The notes: a model not told the origin generated them from the letters alone. A stretch of 64,000 nt of DNA from an uncultured Kiritimatiellota bacterium (GCA_944389545.1 CALXMT010000001.1:138682-202681), one strand, 5' to 3'; positions 1 through 9,602 are shown, counted from the first letter of the stretch. Made by a program: numbers and translations.

Positions 1-991
1 CGACACCCCGGACGCCCTCACCGCCTACGCTCTCGCCTTCGCGCCGCAGACCTACGCCCGCGTCTCCGCCGCCCTCGCCGGCATCCTCGCCCGCCTCCCC
101 GCCTGGCCCAAACGCACCCTCCGCGTCCTCGACCTCGGGTGCGGCCTCGCCTCCGCCTCGCTCGCCGCCAAAGACCTCCTCGGCCCCATCGAGCCCACCT
201 GCGTCGACTGGTCCGAGTCCGCCCTCGCCGCCGTCAAGGAGCTCCTTCCCGAGGCCAAGACCCTCCGCGCCGACCTCCGCCGTTACACCCCCGAAGGCCC
301 CTACGATCTCATCATCGCCTCCTTCGCCGTCAACGAATGTTGGCCCGACCCCCAAGCCGCCGCCGCGGCCCTCCGCCGCTGGGCCGACGCCCTCGCCACC
401 GACGCCCCCGCCTTCATCCTCCTCCTCGAACCCGCCAACCGCGCCAGCGTCCCCCGCCTCCACGCCCTCCGCGGACTCCTCCCCGACCTCCCGCTCTACG
501 CGCCCTGCCCCCACCGCGGCCCCTGCCCCCTCAACCCCGTGCAAGACGGCGTCTGCCATGATGTCCGCCGCTTCCGTCCCGGCCGCCCCCTCGTCCTGCT
601 CTGCCGCCGCCTTCGCCGCACCGTGAGCGACGTGAAATACGCCCTTCTCGCCTTTGGCCGCCCCGGCGGCCCCCAGGCCGAAGGCTTCGGCGACCCCGAC
701 TTCCTCCGCCTCATCGGCCCCGTCGACAAGGGCAAAGGCGTTCTCGCCTGCCGCGTCTGCATGGGCGACGGCGCCGTCCGCCGCCTGGAACTCCCGACCG
801 CCGCCCTTCCCACAGAACGTCGCCACGCCCTCCTCCAACGCCAGCGCGGCGACTGCGCCTGGCTCGACGGCCCGCTCGACGCCCGCCGCCAAGTCGCCCT
901 CGGCGCCATCCAGCGCGCCGCCGACCTCCGCTTCCCCGACGACCCGCCCCCCGCCCTCGACGACCTCGACGACTTCTCCTTCTCCATCTGA
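1..991 (+). CDS. Class I SAM-dependent methyltransferase, Rsm22-like (5'-partial; gene starts upstream of window)
   Basis: Uninterrupted frame from base 2 to TGA at 989-991. SAM motif I 'RVLDLGCGLASASLAA', motif II-like 'YDLIIASFAVNE', C-terminal Cys/His cluster 'CPHRGPCP...CHD'. Confidence 0.5.
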   Translation, partial: DTPDALTAYALAFAPQTYARVSAALAGILARLPAWPKRTLRVLDLGCGLASASLAAKDLLGPIEPTCVDWSESALAAVKELLPEAKTLRADLRRYTPEGPYDLIIASFAVNECWPDPQAAAAALRRWADALATDAPAFILLLEPANRASVPRLHALRGLLPDLPLYAPCPHRGPCPLNPVQDGVCHDVRRFRPGRPLVLLCRRLRRTVSDVKYALLAFGRPGGPQAEGFGDPDFLRLIGPVDKGKGVLACRVCMGDGAVRRLELPTAALPTERRHALLQRQRGDCAWLDGPLDARRQVALGAIQRAADLRFPDDPPPALDDLDDFSFSI

Positions 992-999
992 GCAGGGAG

Positions 1000-1095
1000 T
1001 TTCCACGAAGACACGAAGCAACGCAAGAGCCTGGGCACTTCACCGTTCGGCCCTCCGGGCCTCACTACCGTGCCCATCCCTTGCGTTTCTAGTGT
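1000..1095. repeat. Dispersed repeat family B (~100 bp; '...gaagacacgaag.aacgcaag.gcctgggcacttcaccgttcggccct.cgggcct..ctaccgtgcccatcccttgcgtttct')
   Basis: Near-identical copies at 31355-31480(rc), 54495-54605(rc), 58215-58320 and 62995-63100(rc). Confidence 0.8.
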
Positions 1096-1149
1096 TTTTC
1101 GGGAAGCATCATCCGTTGTACCTGGCTCGTCGCAGACGTGCCTGCGGGT

Positions 1150-1320
1150 GCAGGGGAAAGAGGAGTTTGGAAGCTTGGAGGCTTGCTTTTGTTGGTGGGG
1201 CTCTGCCCCACACCCTTGCTTTTTACTCGACAAGGCGCGAAACGGAGGGCGGCGGGCGCGATCAGCGGCGCAGCCGCAGAGCGCCCGATGGAGCCCGAAG
1301 CGGTTCGCGCCCATAGTTGC
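1150..1320. repeat. Dispersed composite repeat family A (~170-190 bp: 'gaagcttggaggcttg'-'ttggtggggc'-'gacaaggcgcgaaacggagggcggcgg...gcagagcg.ccgatggagcccgaagcggttcgcgccc...gcgtctttgcgg')
   Basis: Copies at 10600-10860(rc), 33095-33200(rc) and 45935-46110. ORF-track peptides from these copies are near-identical (RQGAKRRAAGAISGAAAERPMEPEAVRA...), which reflects the DNA repetition rather than genes. Confidence 0.8.
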
Positions 1321-1399
1321 GTCTTCGCGGTAAATGTGCCCCGGACAGGATTGATGAAGGGTGCGTGATGAGCGGTTTTTTGGTATCCTAAGGGGCATT

Positions 1400-3079
1400 A
1401 TGTTGGTGCGGCTGGCAGTAAAGAATCTGGCAGTGGTCGAGGCGGCGGAAGCGCTGTTCGGCCCGGGGTTGAACGTCATCACCGGTGAGACCGGCGCGGG
1501 TAAATCCGTGCTCATGGGGGCCTTGCATTTGATCTTGGGCGAGCGGGCCGACCGTTCGGCCATCCGCACGGGGGCCGAGGAGGCCGCGGTGAGCGCGGTC
1601 TACGAACTGGCCGACACGCGTGCGGTGGACGCCATCCTGCGCGAAGTGGACGTGCCGCCCTGCGAGGAGGGGACGCTCATCCTCAAGCGCGCCATCCTGG
1701 CGAACGGCAATGGCCGCATCCGCGTGAACGACGCCCCCGCGACCGCCGCGCTCCTGCGCAAGTTGGCGCCGTTGCTCACGGATATCCATGGCCCGACGGA
1801 CAACCTGTCGCTCCTCGACGCGGGCTTCCAGCTGCGTCTGCTCACGGCCTATGCCGGGGCGGATCGGGAGCTGGAGGCCTATCAACGCCGTTGGGAGGCC
1901 CTCTTGGCCCTCAAGGCGCGATTGCAGGAGGCCGAGGGTGAACCGGGCGAGCGCAAGGCCGAAATTGATCGTCTGGTCGAGGAACTCGAGGAGTTCCGCC
2001 AAGTGAACCCCACCGAGGACGACGGCGACCCGCTGACGGAACGCCACAAGGCCGCCGCGAACGCGGAGGAGATCCTCTCCATCGGCAATGCCCTCACAGA
2101 CCGTCTTTCCGACGGCGAGGGCGCGCTCACGGAGCAACTCATGGAGGTGCACCGCGCGTTGCGTTCCCTTGCCGGATTGCTGCCGGAAGCGGAAGGTTGG
2201 GGCGAGGAGCTGACCTCGGCGCAAGTGGCGTTGCAGGAGCTCTCGAAGTCCATCGCCATGCGACTCTCTCAGATTGAGGCCGACCCGGAGGGTCTGGAAC
2301 GTCTGGAGGCGCGGCTGGGACAGATTCAACGCCTGAAGCGCAAGTATGGTCCGACCCTGGAAGACGTGTTGGCCCATTGGGAGGCGGACAAGGAACGGCT
2401 GGACGCCATCAACGCCTCGGAAGGCGAGTTGCAACAATTGCGCAACCAAGTGACCGAGGCCGAAGGCGCGTTGCGCAGGGCCGGGGAGACCCTGCGGGCC
2501 AAACGCGCCGCGGCCGCCCCCAAGCTTGCCGCGGCCATCACGGCGGAACTGCGCGACCTGGGCTTCGCCCAAGCCTCCTTCCCCATCGCTTTGGCGCCCT
2601 GCGAACCGGGGCCGACCGGGATGGACAAGGTCATCTTCTCGTTCGAGCCGAACCCCGGCGAAGCGCCCAGGCCGCTCGCGGACATCGCGTCCTCGGGCGA
2701 AATCGCCCGCGTGATGTTGGCCGTGAAGGTGATTCTGGCGCGCCACGACGGCACGCCGACCTTGGTCTTTGATGAAATCGACGCGAACGTGGGCGGCGAG
2801 ACGGGCCGCCGCGTGGGCCAAAAGTTGCGCCGCCTGGCCGAAGACACGCAGGTGTTGTGCATCACCCACCAACCGCAGGCTGCGGTCTATGGGCAAACCC
2901 ACTTCCGCGTGAGCAAGTCGGTGGAGGGCGGACGCACCGTCACCCGCATCGAGCGGCTCGCGCCGGAGGCCCGCACCGCAGAGCTCGCGCGTATGCTCGG
3001 CGGCGGCGAGGCCGCGGCGCGCCACGCCCAGGCCTTGCTCGCCGAGACCCGCCCCGAACAGGAGGAACTCGCTTTATGA
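1400..3079 (+). CDS. recN: DNA repair protein RecN
   Basis: N-terminus 'MLVRLAVKNLAVV...ITGETGAGKSVLMGAL' (SMC-like Walker A) and C-terminal 'LVFDEIDANVGGETG' signature. ATG at 1400 preceded by 'aagggg'. Stop overlaps the next gene's start (ATGA). Confidence 0.85.
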   Translation: MLVRLAVKNLAVVEAAEALFGPGLNVITGETGAGKSVLMGALHLILGERADRSAIRTGAEEAAVSAVYELADTRAVDAILREVDVPPCEEGTLILKRAILANGNGRIRVNDAPATAALLRKLAPLLTDIHGPTDNLSLLDAGFQLRLLTAYAGADRELEAYQRRWEALLALKARLQEAEGEPGERKAEIDRLVEELEEFRQVNPTEDDGDPLTERHKAAANAEEILSIGNALTDRLSDGEGALTEQLMEVHRALRSLAGLLPEAEGWGEELTSAQVALQELSKSIAMRLSQIEADPEGLERLEARLGQIQRLKRKYGPTLEDVLAHWEADKERLDAINASEGELQQLRNQVTEAEGALRRAGETLRAKRAAAAPKLAAAITAELRDLGFAQASFPIALAPCEPGPTGMDKVIFSFEPNPGEAPRPLADIASSGEIARVMLAVKVILARHDGTPTLVFDEIDANVGGETGRRVGQKLRRLAEDTQVLCITHQPQAAVYGQTHFRVSKSVEGGRTVTRIERLAPEARTAELARMLGGGEAAARHAQALLAETRPEQEELAL

Positions 3080-4659
3080 TTCCGTTGGCATCCCCCACCC
3101 TCTTCCTTTACGGCCCGCCCGCGACGGGCAAGTCCACCTGCGCGCGCAACCTGGCCGTGGCGCTTGGCAAGACGGCCATCGACTTGGACACGTTGGTGGA
3201 GCAACGCGTGGGAATGACCATCCCGGAATACGTGGCGAAGGCGGGGGGCGAAGCCTTCCGGGACGCCGAGACCGAGACGCTCCGGGCTCTCTGCGACGAG
3301 CGCCCCGACGCGGTCGTCGCCTTGGGCGGCGGCACCCTGTTGCGGCCGCAAAACCGCGCGATGGCCGAGGCCTGCGGTCCCATCGTCTGCATCGTCACGC
3401 CGCCGGAGGTGCTCGCCAAGCGCGTGGAGCGCAAGGCCGGGAGCCGCCCCTTCTCGAAGGACGCCGCGGCCCTGCGCAAGACGTTGGAGGAGCGTCGGGA
3501 GCACTACGCCTCCTTCCCGTTGCGCGTGGAGCTGACGGGCGACCCCAGCCCGCAGGAGGTCTGGCCGCGTGTGCTCATGGCGTTCGGACGCTACCGCGTG
3601 GCGGGGATGGCCGCGCCCTACACGGTGACGGTCGCGCCGAACGCCTTCGCGGAGTTGCCGCGCACGCTTGCAAAGTTGGAGCCCACGCCCAAACAACTCC
3701 TTCTGGTGGGCGACTCCAACACGATGCCTTTATACAAAGAAAAGGTCTTCGCGGCCCTGGGCCGTGAGATTCCGGCCTTCGAGATTCCCGCCGGGGAAGA
3801 GCACAAGACCCTCGCCACCGTGGAGCGCATCTGGGGCGCGATGCTCGCGGCCGGGATGGAACGCGGCGCGTTGGTCATCGCCTTGGGCGGCGGCGTGGTG
3901 GGCGACCTCACCGGCTTCGCGGCCTCGGCCTGGCTCCGCGGCATCCGCTGGCTCAACCTGCCCACGACCCTCCTGGCGATGGTCGACGCAGGCGTCGGCG
4001 GCAAAACGGGGGCCGACCTGCCCGCGGGCAAAAACCTGATCGGCGCCTTCCATCCACCCTGCGCCGTCCTCTCCGACACCGAGACCCTCGCCACGCTTCC
4101 CGAACGCGAGTTGCGCTGCGGCCTGGCCGAGACGCTCAAACACGCCGTCATCGGCGACCCGGGGCTGATGGAGATGCTCGGGGCCTTCGCGGCCAAACGC
4201 GGGGACATCGACTTCCTCACGCGGCTGGTCATCCGTTCGGTGGGCGTGAAGGTGCGCACCATCCAGGAAGACCCCTTCGAGAAGACCGGCCGCCGCGCCG
4301 CGCTCAACCTGGGCCACACGGTGGGCCACGCGGTGGAGGCCGCGAGCCGGTTCACCGTGGCGCACGGCGAGGCCGTGGCCATCGGCACCGTCGCCGCCGC
4401 GCGCATCAGCGAACGTCTGGGCTTGGCCAAGCCCGGTCTGGCGGAGACCCTCGCGCAGGCGCTCGCCAACCTCGGCCTGCCCACCGAAATCCCCGCGGGG
4501 CTCGACCCGGCGGAACTGCGGCAATACCTTTCCCACGACAAAAAGAAGGCCGATGGCCGGGTGCGCTTCGCCCTGCCCAAGGCCATTGGTGACGTGCAAA
4601 CCGGCTGCATTGTGCCGGAGGAGGTGCTCAATGGGATTCTTGCAGGACAACGGCCTTGA
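3076..4659 (+). CDS. aroKB: Bifunctional shikimate kinase / 3-dehydroquinate synthase (AroK-AroB fusion)
   Basis: N-terminus 'LYGPPATGKSTCARNLA' (shikimate kinase P-loop) followed by a DHQ synthase region '...LVIALGGGVVGDLTGFAASAWLRGIRWLNLPTTLLAMVDAGVGGKTG...'. Confidence 0.8.
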   Translation: MIPLASPTLFLYGPPATGKSTCARNLAVALGKTAIDLDTLVEQRVGMTIPEYVAKAGGEAFRDAETETLRALCDERPDAVVALGGGTLLRPQNRAMAEACGPIVCIVTPPEVLAKRVERKAGSRPFSKDAAALRKTLEERREHYASFPLRVELTGDPSPQEVWPRVLMAFGRYRVAGMAAPYTVTVAPNAFAELPRTLAKLEPTPKQLLLVGDSNTMPLYKEKVFAALGREIPAFEIPAGEEHKTLATVERIWGAMLAAGMERGALVIALGGGVVGDLTGFAASAWLRGIRWLNLPTTLLAMVDAGVGGKTGADLPAGKNLIGAFHPPCAVLSDTETLATLPERELRCGLAETLKHAVIGDPGLMEMLGAFAAKRGDIDFLTRLVIRSVGVKVRTIQEDPFEKTGRRAALNLGHTVGHAVEAASRFTVAHGEAVAIGTVAAARISERLGLAKPGLAETLAQALANLGLPTEIPAGLDPAELRQYLSHDKKKADGRVRFALPKAIGDVQTGCIVPEEVLNGILAGQRP

Positions 4660-5881
4660 CCTCAAAGCCATCGACGCGCAGGCGTTGCTCGATGCCTTCT
4701 TGAAAGAGATGGAGAAGGGCTTGGGCGGCGAGGGATCGCTCCCGATGATCCCCTCGGATCTCCATTTGCCCGATGGCCCCATCCGCGACGTGGAGGTCCC
4801 GGCCTTCGACGTCGGCGGCACGAACATCCGCTCGGCGCGCGTGCGCTTCGGCTCCTCCGGCTCGCCCACCGTGGAAAATCTCCGGCGCGGCTTCATGCCG
4901 GGCTCCCGCGGCCACGTGACGCACGCGGAGTTCTACCAAATCCTCTGCAACGTGCTCACCGACAACGTCCGTCCCGGCGAGACCCTCGGCTACTGCTTCT
5001 CCTATCCCGTTGACGAAAACGGACGCCTGCTCTATTGGACCAAAGGCATCCAGGCCGACGACATCGTCGGTACCGACGTGCGCGATGACCTCGCCGAAGC
5101 CCTCGCCGCGAACGGTGTCGCCGATTGCCGCGTCCGCATCCTCAACGACACCGTCGCGGCCCTCCTCGCCGCCTATGCCCACGCCGGAGCCGAGGAGTGC
5201 GCGGGGGTCGTGGGCTTCATCCTCGGCACGGGCTCCAACACCGCCTATGCCGAGCGCGCCGACCGCATCACCAAGCGGCCGGACCTTCCCCAGGGCACGC
5301 TTGTCCCTATCAACTGCGAAAGCGGCAACTTCTCGGTCTTCCCCCGCTCCACCTTCGATGAGGCCTACGAGCGTGCCAACGGCACGGGCCACGGCTTTTG
5401 GGAACGGTGCATCTCTGGTGCGCACCTGGGCGAGCTGGGCACCTTTGTCCTCCGCGGCGCCGCCGATGCGGGGCTCCTCTCCCCCGGCCTGCGCGACTCT
5501 GTGCACTCCCGTTGCTTCTCCAACATCGAGCTGGACGACTTCTGCGCCGGCCGCCGCGACGACGTGCTCTTCTGCGCGCCCGGCGAGGCCCGCACCGTGC
5601 GTGCGTTGCTGATCCCAATCTACGAGCGCGCCGCCCTCTTCGCGGCCATCAACATCGCCGCCGCCGGCCTCGCCTCCGCCCGCGCCCGGGGCCTGACCTC
5701 TGGCGTCATCCGCGTCAACGCGGACGGTTCGACCTTCTGGAAGACCGCCTGCATCCCCTTCGTCGACCGCGTCAAGGAACACCTTGCGGCACTCCTCGGC
5801 CCCAAGGGTTTCACCGTCGACATCCTGCGTATCGACGACGCCCCGCTCCTCGGCGCGGCCCTGGCCGCGGCCGCCCGTTGA
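4631..5881 (+). CDS. Hexokinase-family sugar kinase (eukaryote-type hexokinase fold)
   Basis: Motifs 'AFDVGGTNIR' (phosphate-1) and 'GFILGTGSNTAY' typical of the hexokinase family. ATG at 4631 (MGFLQDNGLD) overlaps the aroKB 3' end by 29 bp. Confidence 0.7.
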   Translation: MGFLQDNGLDLKAIDAQALLDAFLKEMEKGLGGEGSLPMIPSDLHLPDGPIRDVEVPAFDVGGTNIRSARVRFGSSGSPTVENLRRGFMPGSRGHVTHAEFYQILCNVLTDNVRPGETLGYCFSYPVDENGRLLYWTKGIQADDIVGTDVRDDLAEALAANGVADCRVRILNDTVAALLAAYAHAGAEECAGVVGFILGTGSNTAYAERADRITKRPDLPQGTLVPINCESGNFSVFPRSTFDEAYERANGTGHGFWERCISGAHLGELGTFVLRGAADAGLLSPGLRDSVHSRCFSNIELDDFCAGRRDDVLFCAPGEARTVRALLIPIYERAALFAAINIAAAGLASARARGLTSGVIRVNADGSTFWKTACIPFVDRVKEHLAALLGPKGFTVDILRIDDAPLLGAALAAAAR

Positions 5882-5884
5882 CCC

Positions 5885-8614
5885 ATGGCCACGCGACACT
5901 TCATCGGATGGTCCGAGGCCGCACCCGCACGGGTGGTGCGATGGTGCCGTGGGCAATGGCCGGAGGCCTTGCCGCCGGGCCTCATCTTCTGCGTGCCCAC
6001 CTCGCTCGCCCTGCGCCGTTTGCGCGATGCGCTCATCGATGCTTACGGCTCCTTCCAGGGCGTCCGCTTCCTCACGCCCTCGGCGCTCCCCACCCTCTTT
6101 GCGCCGCCCGCCGAGACCCAGGCCGCCACCCCCTCCGAGATGTTCCGCGTCTGGGCGCGCGTCTTCGATTGGCTCCGCCAGGCGGACCCCTCCGACGCCG
6201 TGCTCGCCAGCCTCTTCCCCGGCCAACGCGCCTGGCTTGACCGCCCCGCCGCGCGCTACGCCCTCGCCCGCCGCCTCATGGCCCTGCGCGACACCCTTGC
6301 CGAGCAATGCCTCGACTTCGCCGCCGTCGCCGCCCACCCCCAGACGGCGCTCCTCGGCGACCGCGAGCGCAACCGTTGGGCCGCCCTGGACCTCCTAGAG
6401 ACCAAGTGCCGCGAGACCCTCGCCGCGCTCGGCCTGGAAGACCCCGCCGACCGCCAGCTCGCCATCCTGCGCAACCCCGTGCCGCAGCCCCAAGAGGCCG
6501 CCGCCGAATGGCGCCTGGTCGTGGCCTGCGTGCCCGACCTCATGCCCGCCCTCACGCGCCTCTTCGACGCCGCCCCCGCCTGCGACATCCTGGTCCTCGC
6601 CGAACCTGCCGATGCCGACCGCTTCTCCCCCCACGGCCTGCCGGCCCCGGCAGCCTGGGCCACCTGCGACATCCCGCTTCCGGAAGGCGCGTTCCGTCCC
6701 GCCGAGAACCCGCAGGGCGAGGCCGACGCCGTTGAGGCCTTCCTGGATGCCCACCGGCGCATCGACCCGGCTGACCTCTGCCTCTGCGCGCTCGACCGCG
6801 AGGCCCTGCCGCCCCTCACCGCGGCCTTTGCCGAACACGAGGTGACCGTCTTCGAGCCTGAGCCCATCGCCCTCGCCAAGCAGGCCCCCGCCCGCGCGTT
6901 GCTTGCCCTTGCCGGCCTCCTGCGCGACCCCACCCCTGCCGCGTTGCTCCCGCTCCTCGTCCTCCCCGAGACCGCCGCCACCGTGGGCGTCTCGGTCGCG
7001 CGCCTCCGCGCCGACTACGACTCGCTCATGGCCGAGCGCAACCCCTCCACCCGCCGCGATGCCCTCCGCTTCGCCCCGGAAGGCCCCCTCCGCGACTTCC
7101 TCTCGAAGTGCCAGGCTTGGGCCAACGCCTTCCGCGCCAATCCCGTTCCCGCCGCGCGCACCTTCTTGATTGACCTCTACGGCGCCGCCTCCATCGATCC
7201 CACCCGCGAACCCATCCGCTTCGCGACCTTCGATGCCCTCCGCGGCCTCCTCAACGAACTCGCCGGCCTCCGCACCGATGCGGACGTGCCCGATGCCGAC
7301 CTCCTCGCCGCGCGCCTCGCCGACGAAGCCATCCGCCCCGTCCGCAGGGACGCTGACTGCGCCTACGAGGGCCGTCTGGAGATTCTCTGGTCGCGTGCGC
7401 CCCTCCTCGCCCTCATCGGCTTGAATGAAGGCCTCTTCCCGGACACCACCTTCGAGGACGCCTTCCTCCCCAACGCCTTCCGCCGCGCCCTGGGCCTCCG
7501 CAACGACGCCACCCGCGCCGCCCGCGATGCCTACCTCCTCGTCGCGGCCACCGCCTGGCGCGACCCCGGCGACCTCCTCCTCACCTGCGCCCGCACCAAC
7601 CTCCGCGGCGACTGGCTCAAGCCCACGCGCCTCCTCTTCCGGTGCGACGCCGCCACCCGCGCCGCCCGCGCCCGTGCCCTCTTCCTCGACCCCGCGCCGC
7701 GTCCGCCGGCGCCGCCCCCGGGAACCGCGCTCGCCTTCACGCAAAACCCCGTCTGCTGGCGTGAGGTTCCCCCGCCCACCCGACTCTCCGCCTCGGCCAT
7801 CGCCCGCTTCCTCGCCTCGCCCCTCGTCTATTGGATCACCGACCGCCTCCGCCTCGCCGACGCCGAAGACCTCCCAGACGGCATGGACGCCGCCGCCTTC
7901 GGTGTCCTCATCCACACCGCGCTCGAAGCCCTCCGCACCACCGACGCCACCGACCCGGGCACCCTCTCGGACACCTTGACCACGGCCTACGACACGGCCT
8001 TCTACGAGCGTTACGGCAGCAATCCCGGCATCGAACTCCTTGCCGCCCAAGCCGCCGCCCACGGCCGGCTCCGTGCCGCCGCGCGCCTGGAATCGCAGTC
8101 CCGTCTGGAGGGTTGGGAGACCAAGTACACCGAACACGAGACGCGCGACCCCAAATGGGAACTGCCCTTCGACGTCGACGGCCACACGCTCACCCTCTAC
8201 GGACAAATTGACCGCATCGACCGCAACCGCCACACCGGCGCCTGGCGCATCGTCGATTACAAGACCGGCAAGAAGGGCGAACCGCCCAACAAGACCCACT
8301 ACACCAAACCCCGCGATGGCGACCTCCGGTGGATGAGCTTCCAGCTCCCCCTCTACCGTCTCCTCGCCCGCCACGCCCTCAATATCCCCGCCGACACCCC
8401 CATCGAGCTCGACTACTTCCTGCTCCCCGCCATGGGGCAGGCCGACTTCGCCCGCTACGACGACCCCGAAGACGAGGCCGCCACCCTCCGCGACTTCCAA
8501 GACACCCTCCGCGAACTCCTCGCCCTGGGCCAAGAGCCCCTCCCCGCGGATGTCGGCGACTACGGCGACCCGCTCCTCAAACTCCTCACGGAACCCACCG
8601 CCCCATGCGATTGA
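5885..8614 (+). CDS. PD-(D/E)XK nuclease family protein (RecB-like C-terminal nuclease domain, 909 aa)
   Basis: C-terminal 'GQIDRIDRNRHTGAWRIVDYKTGKKG' matches the RecB/AddB nuclease motif (D...D-Y-K). No Walker A helicase motif is visible in the N-terminal 600 aa. Confidence 0.6.
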   Translation: MATRHFIGWSEAAPARVVRWCRGQWPEALPPGLIFCVPTSLALRRLRDALIDAYGSFQGVRFLTPSALPTLFAPPAETQAATPSEMFRVWARVFDWLRQADPSDAVLASLFPGQRAWLDRPAARYALARRLMALRDTLAEQCLDFAAVAAHPQTALLGDRERNRWAALDLLETKCRETLAALGLEDPADRQLAILRNPVPQPQEAAAEWRLVVACVPDLMPALTRLFDAAPACDILVLAEPADADRFSPHGLPAPAAWATCDIPLPEGAFRPAENPQGEADAVEAFLDAHRRIDPADLCLCALDREALPPLTAAFAEHEVTVFEPEPIALAKQAPARALLALAGLLRDPTPAALLPLLVLPETAATVGVSVARLRADYDSLMAERNPSTRRDALRFAPEGPLRDFLSKCQAWANAFRANPVPAARTFLIDLYGAASIDPTREPIRFATFDALRGLLNELAGLRTDADVPDADLLAARLADEAIRPVRRDADCAYEGRLEILWSRAPLLALIGLNEGLFPDTTFEDAFLPNAFRRALGLRNDATRAARDAYLLVAATAWRDPGDLLLTCARTNLRGDWLKPTRLLFRCDAATRAARARALFLDPAPRPPAPPPGTALAFTQNPVCWREVPPPTRLSASAIARFLASPLVYWITDRLRLADAEDLPDGMDAAAFGVLIHTALEALRTTDATDPGTLSDTLTTAYDTAFYERYGSNPGIELLAAQAAAHGRLRAAARLESQSRLEGWETKYTEHETRDPKWELPFDVDGHTLTLYGQIDRIDRNRHTGAWRIVDYKTGKKGEPPNKTHYTKPRDGDLRWMSFQLPLYRLLARHALNIPADTPIELDYFLLPAMGQADFARYDDPEDEAATLRDFQDTLRELLALGQEPLPADVGDYGDPLLKLLTEPTAPCD

Positions 8615-9600
8615 CCCCCCAAGAAGCAGACTGGCTCTACGCCCTCCAGCGCCCCTGGCCCCTGGTCGAGCGCCCCCTCGTCGCTCTCGCCGAAACCCTC
8701 GGCGCCACCGAGGCCGACCTGCTCCGCTTCATCGCCGACCTCCGCGCCCAAGGCCTCGTCCGCCGCATCGGCGGTGTCTTCGACGCCCGCCGTCTGGGTT
8801 ACCGCAGTTGCCTCTTCGCCCTCCCGCCGCAGTCGCCCGACGAGGAGGAGGCCGCCGCCCGCCGTCTCGCCGCCCTGCCCGGCGTCACCCACGCCTATCT
8901 CCGCGGCTGGCCCGAGGATCTGACCCTCGATGGCGTCACCGCCGCCGACTACGCCGGCCTGCCCCGCCTCTGGTTCACCCTCTCCTCCCGCGGTGACCGC
9001 TTCGAGGCCGAGACCGCCCGCCTCGCCGACCTCCGCCCCATCCCCTTCCCCGCCCTCGTCCGCTACAAAATCGACGTCGTCTTCGACCCCCGCACCCAGA
9101 CCCGCGACGAGCGCACCGAATACGCCGCCCCCGCCGAGCCGCGCCCCGCCCCGATTCCGCCGGAGCCCCTCCGCGCCCTCGTCCGCCGCTACCAAGACGA
9201 CGTGCCCGACCCCGCCGCGCCCTTCCGCCCCGAGGATCTCCCCCAACTCCGCGCCTGGCAGGCCGATGGCACCCTCCGCCGCTTCGCCCTACTCCTCTTC
9301 CACCGCGCCAGCGGTTTCGCCGCCAACGGCATGTGCTGTTGGCGCGTCCCGGAGGCCGAGGCCGACACCTTCGGCCGCCGCCTCGCCGCCGACCCGGACG
9401 TGACCCACTGCTACGCCCGTCCCCTCTCCCCCATCTTCCCCTTCAACCTCTACGCCATGATCCACAAGACCTCCTGGCAAGAAGGGTTCGATGCCTTCCG
9501 GCGCCTCACCCGCGTCGCGGGCCTGCCCCCCGGCAAGGTCCTCTTCTCCACCCGCGAATACAAAAAGAGCTCCGTCCGCTTCTTCCTTGAGGAGGATTGA
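8605..9600 (+). CDS. ahbAB: Siroheme decarboxylase, fused AhbA/AhbB (NirD/L-like, two Lrp/AsnC-type repeats)
   Basis: Two tandem homologous halves ('...VTHAYLRGWPEDLT...WFTLSSRGDRFEAE...' and '...VTHCYARPLSPIFPFNLYAMIHKTSWQEG...') characteristic of NirDL/AhbAB. ATG at 8605 chosen; the longer track ORF from 8329 would overlap the upstream gene. Confidence 0.65.
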   Translation: MRLTPQEADWLYALQRPWPLVERPLVALAETLGATEADLLRFIADLRAQGLVRRIGGVFDARRLGYRSCLFALPPQSPDEEEAAARRLAALPGVTHAYLRGWPEDLTLDGVTAADYAGLPRLWFTLSSRGDRFEAETARLADLRPIPFPALVRYKIDVVFDPRTQTRDERTEYAAPAEPRPAPIPPEPLRALVRRYQDDVPDPAAPFRPEDLPQLRAWQADGTLRRFALLLFHRASGFAANGMCCWRVPEAEADTFGRRLAADPDVTHCYARPLSPIFPFNLYAMIHKTSWQEGFDAFRRLTRVAGLPPGKVLFSTREYKKSSVRFFLEED

Positions 9601-9602
9601 CC

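Noticed and set aside
1138-1368. Short ORFs with similar peptide sequences at several loci (1138-1368, 10573-10833, 20027-20293, 30965-31174, 17946-18221, 16148-16450)
   Set aside because: They fall entirely within dispersed repeat copies. The similarity is the repeated DNA, sometimes in opposite orientation, not paralogous genes.
8329-8604. 5' extension of the ahbAB ORF (track start 8329)
   Set aside because: It would overlap the upstream nuclease gene by 285 bp and encodes a Pro/Arg-rich low-complexity peptide. The ATG at 8605 gives a normal-length AhbAB.
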